Below, one piece after another: positions 48,667 through 56,763 of a DNA stretch of 64,000 nucleotides (position 1 is its first letter; each line of letters opens with the position of its first letter). Below the pieces are notes generated by a model, which made no database searches, was not told the origin of the DNA, and worked only from the letters and a program-made list of their open reading frames with translations. A program made the position numbers and the translations under genes. This DNA is from an uncultured Bifidobacteriaceae bacterium (GTDB lineage Bacteria; Acidobacteriota; Vicinamibacteria; Vicinamibacterales; UBA2999). Location: contig CAZHTD010000010.1 in assembly GCA_964535675.1 (NCBI GenBank), forward strand, positions 2,100 to 66,099, read 5' to 3'.

Positions 48667-49073
48667 GTGGCACGTCGGCGCCCACGTGCCACACCCGCGT
48701 CCGCGTGCGCTATGCCGACACTGACCAGATGGGTGTCGTCTACTACGCCAACTATTTTGTATGGTTCGAGATGGGCCGTACTGAGTGGCTGCGCGCTGGC
48801 GGCTGGAGCTACCACGCGATGGAACAGGAAGGGTGCGTCCTGCCCGTCCTCGAGGCCCACTGCAACTACCGACACCCGGCCCGCTACGACGACGAGCTCG
48901 ACATCGCCGCTTGCGGCACCTGCCTGACCCCGGTGCGTCTCAGGTTCCACTACGAGATCCGGCGCATGGCCGACCAAGCGCTGCTGGCCGAGGGCCATAC
49001 GGTGCACGCCGCGGTCAGCTCCGACGGCCGCCTGCGCCGCCTGCCGGAGCGCGTTCGGGAGCTACTTGGATGA
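48663..49073 (+). CDS. Acyl-CoA thioesterase, 4HBT/YbgC family
   Basis: 136 aa. VRVRYADTDQMGVVYYANYFVWFE is the hot-dog fold YbgC signature. Confidence 0.85.
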   Translation: MSGTSAPTCHTRVRVRYADTDQMGVVYYANYFVWFEMGRTEWLRAGGWSYHAMEQEGCVLPVLEAHCNYRHPARYDDELDIAACGTCLTPVRLRFHYEIRRMADQALLAEGHTVHAAVSSDGRLRRLPERVRELLG

Positions 49074-49126
49074 ACGGCCCGGCTGGTGCGCATCCGCTAC
49101 AATCGTGGGAACGTCACGACACGCAT

Positions 49127-49909
49127 ATGGTTCACAGCCCCCTTGTCCGGCTGGCGCTCGTCGCCATACTGGCCGGGCTCGTCGCCGGGTGCGCAGGCCG
49201 GCAGACCGAGATCCCTTCAGGCACGCTCAACCCCGACCAGTTCCTCATGGACCAAGCCGAGGCAGCGTACGCCGACGGCGACTGGCTGGACGCCCAGGCC
49301 TTCTACCAGCAGATCGTCGACAACTATCCGCAGAGCCCGCTCCGCACCGATGCCCGCCTAGGGCTGGCCAACGCCTATCTCGGGCAGGGCGGCGCCGAGG
49401 CGCTGGTGCTGGCCGCGGCCGAGTTCCGGGATTTCCTGCAGTTCTTCCCAACCAACCCGCGCGCCGACGAGGCCCAGTTCGGGCTGGCGATGACCCACTA
49501 CGAACAGATGCGGGCGCCCGAGCGCGACCAGACCGAGACCCGGGCCGCATTGACCGAATTCCAGGCCTTATTCGACAACTACCCGCAGAGCGGCTTGATG
49601 GACGAGGCCCAGATGTTCTGGCGCGAGGCCCGCGACCGCCTGAGCGAGTCCATCTACTTGGTGGGCTACTTCTACTACAACGTCCAGGACTGGTACCCGG
49701 GCGCCATCGCTCGCTTCGAGCAGGTGCTCGAGGAGGACCCGGACTACACCCGCCGGGACGCGGTGTACTACTATCTGGCGGAATCCTTGGCACGAACCAA
49801 TAGAGCAGAGGAGGCCATTTCCTATCTCGAGCGTCTTCTGGCCGAGTTCGACGGGAGTGAACACCGCGAGGACGCCTCGCAGCGGCTGCAAGAGTTGTCG
49901 ATTCAATAA
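49127..49909 (+). CDS. bamD: Outer membrane protein assembly factor BamD-like TPR lipoprotein
   Basis: 260 aa counted from ATG 49127. Lipobox LVAGC. BamD/YfiO-type TPR pattern (A...Y..G.W..A...F..I...YP.S....A.L.LA.AY). The upstream 114 codons of the track ORF overlap the thioesterase. Confidence 0.85.
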   Translation: MVHSPLVRLALVAILAGLVAGCAGRQTEIPSGTLNPDQFLMDQAEAAYADGDWLDAQAFYQQIVDNYPQSPLRTDARLGLANAYLGQGGAEALVLAAAEFRDFLQFFPTNPRADEAQFGLAMTHYEQMRAPERDQTETRAALTEFQALFDNYPQSGLMDEAQMFWREARDRLSESIYLVGYFYYNVQDWYPGAIARFEQVLEEDPDYTRRDAVYYYLAESLARTNRAEEAISYLERLLAEFDGSEHREDASQRLQELSIQ

Positions 49910-50493
49910 CTTACGGGAGTGCCCGCGTGACTACGGTCCCACCGTAATCGCCAGTCCTTCGCGGGCCCCTCATCGAGCACGTGAAGCGCGCATTGTGCAT
50001 GAAGTCAAGGCGGGACACACCGTCGCTTGCGACGCACCCGAGTTAGGCGCAGCGCGCACGAGACGCGAGGGCCCGCGCTTAGGGCTCCAGCCGTACCCAT
50101 CGTGGCAGGCGCAGGGGCCGAGAGGTGCTGCTCCGCCCGCAAGCACCTGACGACGCGCAGTCGGCGTCACAGTGTGCGGTTGAGCGCACCCTTGATGCCC
50201 AACCGTTCCCCCCGGGTTCGTCGCTGCCAGCCGCACGACCTCGCGCGCGTGATGCCGTGGGTTGCGCACCAGCGCCACGGCGAGCACGCCCGTGTCGCCC
50301 TGCTTTCGGGATGGCTTTCCGTCAACCGAGCTTCCGCATGGCCCCTGCTCTGAAGGGCCAGACAGTCCTTCATGCTATGGTCTGGCTGAGGGGGCGGTGG
50401 TACTCCACCCGTCCCGAACGAGCAGTGGTCGTTGTTGCCACGCTGTTGCAGGACGCCCTCTTCGAAGGCGGCTATGGAGCGATGCGGAGATCG

Positions 50494-51120
50494 CTAGGAC
50501 GCCTTGCGGTCGCGACGTCCCTGCCGCGCCACATTGAGATCGGTAACGCGCGCCGCGTCCTGGCGCTGGAACTTGCGGTAATAGTCGACGGCTGACACCA
50601 CCGCCGCGATCATCACCACCCACAGCCCGACGTAGCCGACCGGTGCCAGCAGCGGCAGCGGCCCGGCCCCGACGATCAGCACAAGGATCGTCGCCACCTG
50701 CGACGCCATCTTGGTCTTGCCTAGGCGCGAGGCGGGGATCGTCAAGCCACGGTTGTAGGCAAGGCTCCGGAGGGCGGTGATCGCGAACTCGCGCCCGATG
50801 ATGATCGCCACCATCCATGCCGGCGCGTGTCCGAGCTGAACCAGCGAGATGAAGGCCGCCGACACGAGGAGCTTGTCGGCAATTGGATCCAGCATCTGGC
50901 CGAGCCACGTGATCTGCCGGCGGCGCCGGGCGAGATAGCCGTCGAGCCAGTCGGTCACCGAGGCGATGGCGAAGATGGCAGCACCGGCGATCTCACGTGA
51001 CAGGCCCAGCACGAATTGCCCCTCGTACTCGGTAAGAAGCACCACGACCAGAAGCGGTGCCAAGAACATGCGCGCCACTGTCAGCGCATTGGGCAGATTC
51101 AACGGCAACGAGGCGGCCAT
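50494..51120 (-). CDS. pgsA: CDP-diacylglycerol--glycerol-3-phosphate 3-phosphatidyltransferase
   Basis: 208 aa. CDP-alcohol phosphotransferase motif DWLDGYLARR...G..LDPIADK. Confidence 0.92.
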   Translation of the reverse strand: MAASLPLNLPNALTVARMFLAPLLVVVLLTEYEGQFVLGLSREIAGAAIFAIASVTDWLDGYLARRRRQITWLGQMLDPIADKLLVSAAFISLVQLGHAPAWMVAIIIGREFAITALRSLAYNRGLTIPASRLGKTKMASQVATILVLIVGAGPLPLLAPVGYVGLWVVMIAAVVSAVDYYRKFQRQDAARVTDLNVARQGRRDRKAS

Positions 51121-51162
51121 CGGCGTCGCCGCATTGTAGCGTGAACCGTATAGAATTGCGGA

Positions 51163-52227
51163 TTGTCCATGAAGGCGATCCTGCTCGCGGGAGGCCGGGG
51201 CACGCGGCTACGGCCTCTCACAGTACACACGCCGAAGCCAATCGTCCCGATTTTCAACCGCCCGTTCCTTTACTATCAACTGGACCTGCTGAAGCAGGTG
51301 CCCGAGATCGACGAGGCCATCCTGAGCCTCAACTACCAACCCCGCCGGGTCGAGGAGATCTTCGGCGACGGCTCGGCTCTGGGCCTGTCGCTCCGCTACG
51401 TCGTAGAGCCCTTCCCCCTCGGCACGGCGGGTGCGGTCAAGTACGCAGGTGATCGACTCGATGACACTGTGGTCGTGCTCAATGGCGATGTCCTGACGGC
51501 TATCGACCTTACCGCCGTCATCCAGCGTCATCGAGAGCGCCAAGCGCGAGCCACCATCGTACTGACCCAGGTGCCCGATCCGGCGGCCTACGGACTGGCC
51601 GAAACGGACGCCAACGGCAACGTAACGCGGTTCCTCGAGAAGCCGTCGCCCGGCGAGATTGCCACGAACCTCATCAACGCGGGTATCTACATCCTCGAGC
51701 CCGACACCTTCGACCGGATCCCGATCGAGGTGGAGTGGTCGATCGAGCGTCGGTACTTCCCTTCGCTGATCGAGCGCGGCGAGACGTTCGTGGCCTACGT
51801 CTACGATGGCTACTGGATCGACATCGGCACGCCGGCCAAGTACGCTCAAGTGCACCGCGACATCTTCGATGCACGCTACGCCGCCGGGCCTTTCCTGGGT
51901 CTGGAGGAGCCGAAGCTGGCGATCTCAACCGAGGCACGCGTCGACCCGGACGCTATCGTGCAAGGGCCGTGCTTCATCGACGACGGCGTCACTGTGCGCC
52001 CCGGAGCCCGCGTGGGCCCCTACTCGGTCATCGGGCGCCAGACCATTGTCGAGGAGGACGCCCAACTCGAGGCCGCCATCGTCTGGCCGAACAGCCGGAT
52101 CGGCCGCGAGGCCACCCTGCGGGACGTCATCCTGGGCCGCAACTGTCATATCGGACGGAGGGTCGCGGTGGCACCCGGTGCGGTGTTAGGCGACAAGACC
52201 GCCCTGACCGACTACACGCGCGTTTGA
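51163..52227 (+). CDS. Sugar-1-phosphate nucleotidyltransferase with a C-terminal left-handed beta-helix (mannose-1-P guanylyltransferase-like)
   Basis: 354 aa. AILLAGGRGTRLRPLT..PKP motif plus hexapeptide repeats in the C-terminal third. Confidence 0.9.
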   Translation: MSMKAILLAGGRGTRLRPLTVHTPKPIVPIFNRPFLYYQLDLLKQVPEIDEAILSLNYQPRRVEEIFGDGSALGLSLRYVVEPFPLGTAGAVKYAGDRLDDTVVVLNGDVLTAIDLTAVIQRHRERQARATIVLTQVPDPAAYGLAETDANGNVTRFLEKPSPGEIATNLINAGIYILEPDTFDRIPIEVEWSIERRYFPSLIERGETFVAYVYDGYWIDIGTPAKYAQVHRDIFDARYAAGPFLGLEEPKLAISTEARVDPDAIVQGPCFIDDGVTVRPGARVGPYSVIGRQTIVEEDAQLEAAIVWPNSRIGREATLRDVILGRNCHIGRRVAVAPGAVLGDKTALTDYTRV

Positions 52228-53604
52228 TTGGGCTTCCCCCCCCCCATGCAGATTGACACGAGCATCTTCAAGGCCTACGACGTCCGGGGGCTGTACCCCG
52301 GCGAAGTCAACGAGAACGCGGCTCGGGCCATCGGCCGCGGCCTAGTCGCCTACCTGCAGGCGAAGCACTTGGGCGTCTCGCGCGACATGCGCGTCTCGTC
52401 GCCGGCCCTGGCGGCAGCTTTCATCGACGGGGCCCGGATGCAGGGCGCTGACGTGGTTGACTACGGCATGCTCGGCACCGACATGCTCTACTTCGGCGTC
52501 GTTCGCGAGAATCTCGACGGCGGCGCCCAGATCACCGCATCGCACAACCCCGGGAAGTACAACGGCATCAAGATGGTCCGCGCCGGGGCACAGGCGCTCA
52601 GCGGCGACGCCGGCATCGGCGAGATCCGCGACATGATCGTCAACGACGCGCTGCCGCCGCCCGCCGCCGCCCCGGGCCGCCTGACCACACGCGACCTTGT
52701 GGCCGAGTACGTCGATGCCGTGATGGCGTTCATCGACCCCGCAGCCATTCGGCCCTTCAACGTCGTCCTGGATGCTGGCAGCGGCATGGCCGGCCTCGTG
52801 GCACCACGGCTGTTCGAGCGTCTGCCCTGCCACATCACGAGGCTCTGTTTCGACATTGACGGCACCTTCCCCAACCACGAGGCCAACCCGCTCATCGAGG
52901 AGAACCGCCGCGACATCACGGAGGAGGTAATCCGCCAAGGCGCCGACATCGGCATCGCGTGGGACGGTGATGCCGACCGCTGCTTCTTCCTAGACGGCAC
53001 TGGCGCGTTCATCCCGGGCGATTTCATCACGGCGCTCCTGGCCGAGGCTTTCCTATTCCGCACGCCGGGTGCCACGGTCGTCTACGACCTGCGGGCCAGC
53101 AACGCGGTGCGCGACACCGTGGTGCGGCACGGCGGCCGGGCACTGATGAACCGGGTCGGGCATGCGTTCATCAAGCGGCGGATGCGCGAAGAGGACGCGG
53201 TGTTCGGTGGCGAAGTCACCGGGCACTACTACTTCCGCGACTTCCATTACGCCGACAACGGGTTCATCCCGGCGCTGCTTATTCTGGAGCTGATGTCCCG
53301 GAAGAACTGCCCGCTCCGCGACCTCCTGGCGCCGTTCCGGGATCACTACTTCCTCTCTGGTGAGATCAACACGCGGCTGACGGGAATGGATGTGGTGCCG
53401 GCCACGCTCGAGGCCATCGCGTCGCGTTACGCCAGCGGTACCCAGGCGCGCATGGACGGCATTTCGGTGGAGTACCCCGACTGGCACTTCAACGTGCGGC
53501 CCTCCAATACCGAGCCTCTGCTGCGGCTCAACCTCGAGGCTGCCACGCCGGAGATGATGGCTGAGAAGCGCGACGAGGTGGTCGCCCTCATCCGGAGCGC
53601 ATAG
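52228..53604 (+). CDS. Phosphomannomutase / phosphoglucomutase
   Basis: 458 aa. Active-site loop TASHNPGKYNG, metal loop WDGDADR, and GEVTGHYYF. Confidence 0.93.
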   Translation: MGFPPPMQIDTSIFKAYDVRGLYPGEVNENAARAIGRGLVAYLQAKHLGVSRDMRVSSPALAAAFIDGARMQGADVVDYGMLGTDMLYFGVVRENLDGGAQITASHNPGKYNGIKMVRAGAQALSGDAGIGEIRDMIVNDALPPPAAAPGRLTTRDLVAEYVDAVMAFIDPAAIRPFNVVLDAGSGMAGLVAPRLFERLPCHITRLCFDIDGTFPNHEANPLIEENRRDITEEVIRQGADIGIAWDGDADRCFFLDGTGAFIPGDFITALLAEAFLFRTPGATVVYDLRASNAVRDTVVRHGGRALMNRVGHAFIKRRMREEDAVFGGEVTGHYYFRDFHYADNGFIPALLILELMSRKNCPLRDLLAPFRDHYFLSGEINTRLTGMDVVPATLEAIASRYASGTQARMDGISVEYPDWHFNVRPSNTEPLLRLNLEAATPEMMAEKRDEVVALIRSA

Positions 53605-53690
53605 AAGGCTTTGGCCCCGCTCGTCTCCAGTTGCAGCGCGGGGGCTTCAAGCCCTCCCGGCGTGGCGTGCGATAGAATGGCGGCTGGCAA

Positions 53691-53765
53691 GCGGGAGTAG
53701 TTCAGAGGTAGAACGCGAGCTTCCCAAGCTCGATGTCGCGGGTTCGATCCCCGTCTCCCGCTCCA
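53691..53765 (+). tRNA. tRNA-Gly (anticodon CCC), CCA encoded
   Basis: Hand-folded cloverleaf:
- acceptor GCGGGAG / CTCCCGC
- D stem GTTC / GAAC
- anticodon stem CGAGC / GCTCG with loop TTCCCAA
- T arm GCGGG-TTCGATC-CCCGT
- discriminator T, then CCA. Confidence 0.93.
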
Positions 53766-53801
53766 ACACTGCGTTTTGCGACGTGTTGGTTCCCCTCTCC
53801 C

Positions 53802-54473
53802 TCAACGAATCGACACGCCGACGTTGAGCGCGGTCAGCGCCGTGCGTGGGAGCACGCCCAGCCCGGTCTCGGCCTCCCGGGCCATCAGCTGGTGGATCCG
53901 GACGTCGAAGCCGAACGCCAAGTGCGGGCCCAAGAACCAGCGGGCCCCGCCCCCGTAGTTCAGCGCGCCTCTCCAAGTCGTGGCTGCCGGTGCACCGGGC
54001 GACCCGCCCTCCAGCGTCTCGTCCACGCGTGCCAAGCCCGCGCCGGCGCTGATGTAGCTCCAGCCATCCCCGGTGCCAAAGTTTAGCGACACCTGCGGCG
54101 CCAGCACACGCATGCGGGTGGTCACCGTCGGAGACACGGACGGATCGGGCGTCTCGTCGCCGCCGCCCAGGCGGCTGGGAGACGCATTACCCCGCGCCCA
54201 CACGACCGCAGCGCCGAAGCCGACCCGCGCAAGGCCCCACGACAGCGGATACACATGTCCCCCGAGGTCGACGCCGAGACCGCGTCCCGGCACCGCGGCC
54301 TCGTCGCCCGCCGGCTGCAGACGGTGGCGTCCATCGGGCAGGCCGGAGATCAGGCCACGCGCGTCGATTACCCATGGCCCCGGCGGTCCCGGATCGAAGG
54401 ACTGCGCTGCGACTGGCCCGGCAAGCGCAAGCCCAGCGAGCGTGGCGACGATCAGGCAACCCCAGGAGATCAT
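53802..54473 (-). CDS. Outer-membrane beta-barrel protein (small porin/OmpW-like)
   Basis: 223 aa. Signal peptide ending AAQ, with alternating hydrophobic beta-strand periodicity throughout (LNFGTGDGWSYISAG, ALNYGGGARWFLGPHLAFGFDVRIH). Confidence 0.7.
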   Translation of the reverse strand: MISWGCLIVATLAGLALAGPVAAQSFDPGPPGPWVIDARGLISGLPDGRHRLQPAGDEAAVPGRGLGVDLGGHVYPLSWGLARVGFGAAVVWARGNASPSRLGGGDETPDPSVSPTVTTRMRVLAPQVSLNFGTGDGWSYISAGAGLARVDETLEGGSPGAPAATTWRGALNYGGGARWFLGPHLAFGFDVRIHQLMAREAETGLGVLPRTALTALNVGVSIR

Positions 54474-54627
54474 TCGCGCCCGCGGCTCCGGTCGCCCAAA
54501 GACAAGCTATGTAGCAACCTGAACCCTGTGGCCGCCAGCCGCCAAGCGCACGGTACTGCTCGACTCGCCTGCCGCGCGTCGGTCTCGGTGATGAGGTGGA
54601 ACCGGGCCATCGTGGCGGAGCCGTATG

Positions 54628-55060
54628 TTACCCTCGCGGTCGACGCCCGCTCAATCGGCACCGGCTCGCGTGCAGCCCCTCGTCACTGCCGACCGCATCG
54701 GCAATCGGGGCGTCGACTTGGCGCACGTGATCCAGCGCGTCCATCCAGACGGCATCCACTAAATCGGGGAACAAGGTTCGTTCGTATTCTTGGCCGAGCT
54801 CTCCTCGCCCTGCAGCGCCCCGCCAGCGTCGATTCGTGGCCACCAATTGCTCCGGCCCCGACCTCGCCAGGCAATCGGCAGCTTCGGAAAGGATCTCGAC
54901 GAGCCAATCAGGGAGCGTCGCGTTGCGGTAGTCGAGGATATCGTCGACTCTGGCCTGCCCTGCTCGACAGGCCCGCGCGCCACCAGTCCCGGGCCGTGCC
55001 GACTCTGTCAGCTTGACGATCGAGGGCGTGTTCGTCGTGGGCGGCCGCCTCGACCAACGC
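54628..55060 (-). pseudogene. Decayed ORF of unknown function (at least one frameshift)
   Basis: Two minus-strand frames join into ...ALVEAAAHDEHALDRQADRVGTARDWW... / ...RVDDILDYRNATLPDWLVEILSEAADCLARSGPEQL...YERTLFPDLVDAVWMDALDHVRQVD.... The composition looks protein-like, but there is no intact start-to-stop frame and I can name no family. Confidence 0.3.
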
Positions 55061-55129
55061 CGAGGCCTAAGAACCCGGCCGCCTACCTTGCTGCGTCCCC
55101 CGAGGATGCGATACAGTTGCTGATTGGCT

Positions 55130-55204
55130 GGGCGCTTGGCTCAGTGGTAGAGCATCGCCTTCACACGGCGGGGGTCAGTGGTTCGAATCCACTAGCGCCC
55201 ACCA
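55130..55204 (+). tRNA. tRNA-Val (anticodon CAC), CCA encoded
   Basis: Hand-folded cloverleaf:
- acceptor GGGCGCT / AGCGCCC
- D arm GCTC-AGTGGTA-GAGC
- anticodon stem TCGCC / GGCGG with loop TTCACAC
- T arm AGTGG-TTCGAAT-CCACT
- discriminator A, then CCA. Confidence 0.93.
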
Positions 55205-55262
55205 CACTTTCCCCGCCAGCCTCAGTCACATACAGGAGTTTTATGAGATGGGGCGGCACACC

Positions 55263-56110
55263 CTAGATCGCGGGATCTGCCCTCACGAGAGCAGAATACT
55301 GAACCCTTCCGAACAACCAAATTTCTACGCGTGCATATCGATCGGACCCCGATTCCGTACGTGATCTGTGAACCGCTCTAGCGCGGTCATCAATACGGGG
55401 TCCACGGCGGCGCGGACGTACCGTTTCGGTCGTACTGGCTGATTGGTACAGCATCAGCCGCTCCGTCAGCAGGCGAACGCGCGTCTTCGCACGCAGGACC
55501 ATCGCGTAGGAGCGGTGGAAGTCATGGGAGCGTACCCGACTCAAGTTCACCGTGATGCCGTCGTACCGGAAGCGTTCTTCAACCTTGCGGCAGGCGGTCC
55601 GTAGGCTCTTGCGCATCGAGGCATGGGAGAATTGCCTCCAGCCAGTCAGCGCGTCGAACTGACGCAAGTCCGCCACTACCCTGCGCCGTGATGGGCTTCC
55701 GATGGCCCTTACCGTCGGTTCCCGCCGCGCCCTTCCGTCGTCCCCACACCCCCAGAGGGAGGGACCGTCCGGTGCACGGCTGTCGAGGAGCACCGCAGCC
55801 CCGCGCTTGACGAGAACGTCGCAAGAAGCTCGTGGTGCAGCGGCACCGGTCGCTGGCCAATGCCGCAAGGTCCTGGAGAACGGCCCGACGGAGATTCACG
55901 CTGCGGTCGTCGAGGCGCCGTGGATCTCGACTGGCTCCTGCCCGGCGAACGACTCTCCTTATGCCCTCCGGAGGCATACTCACGATCTTCGTAGGACTGT
56001 AGCGCCGCCCCTATTGAGTCACCGCAGTCACACGCCTGATCAATAGCTGCGGCAAGAAGGCTGGAATGCCATGGCGGCCGTGGCGCTGCGCCTGCATGCA
56101 TGACGTTCAC
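55263..56110 (-). pseudogene. Tyrosine recombinase/integrase, disrupted by multiple frameshifts
   Basis: Minus-strand fragments in three frames. The clearest is VRSHDFHRSYAMVLRAKT...LTERLMLYQSASTTET, matching the R-HDLRH-[ST]FA...LGH.s...T..Y catalytic box. The upstream fragments resemble the core-binding region only loosely. It is adjacent to the tRNA-Val 3' end. Confidence 0.55.
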
Positions 56111-56763
56111 AAGACGCGGCGCGTCACGCCTGCAACGGCTTCAGGCGTGGCTTATCACATGTGAGAGATTGAGAAAGTCGGATGGCCGATTGACGACAGC
56201 GGCCTAGCCGGGAGGGCACAGAAGATGGCCAATGCGTCGTGTCAGACTGTGACGGAGTGCTGAAGCTGGACGTCTAGTGCAGTGGTCTCGGGTGTGTGGA
56301 CATTTTGAGCGTGCCGGGCTTGACGCTGTGCCCAGCCGCCCGGGACAATTGCTTTGAGAAGCTGATGGACGGGATTCTCGACTGATCTGTGTCGTCGCGG
56401 CCATGCTTGCAGCAACCGTGTACGGTTCACTCTCGCGGGCGCCAAGGGGGTACGAAGCGGTGAAAGCATGGCGAGACGCTCTTGAACGTGACATGGCGCG
56501 GGCCGAGATCGGCCGTGCAACCGAACTGGCGCACGCGTGCCTGCCCTCGGGCTATCAGGACTGCGGGCCGCAATGCTTGGGATAGCGACCCGCGCTAGAG
56601 GGACCCGAGCATCGGGCATATCGGCCATCGGTGGTGGGCGGAACCTCACACATCGGTATGCGCAGGCCGGGTCTACGAGAGGATTCCACAGCACTTATTG
56701 CTCACTGCGCGATTATGCAACGACCTGTTAAGTCTATTGACCGCCCACCAAGAGAGCATTGAT

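Noticed and set aside
49910-50493. Possible RNase P RNA, tmRNA, SRP RNA or 6S RNA in the bamD-pgsA gap. GTGCGGTTGAGCGCAC resembles the GUGCGGUAAGAGCGCAC element of RNase P.
   Set aside because: The universally conserved RNase P strings (GAGGAAAGUCCGGGC, ACAGAACCCGGCUUA), the tmRNA ends and tag frame, and the SRP GGAAGCAGCC-type motif are all absent on both strands. 6S RNA cannot be excluded by eye, so the region is kept as an open finding rather than a call.
54790-55266. A 158 aa plus-strand ORF spanning the tRNA-Val gene.
   Set aside because: It reads straight through a well-formed tRNA and has low-complexity Pro/Arg/Ser composition, so it is spurious.
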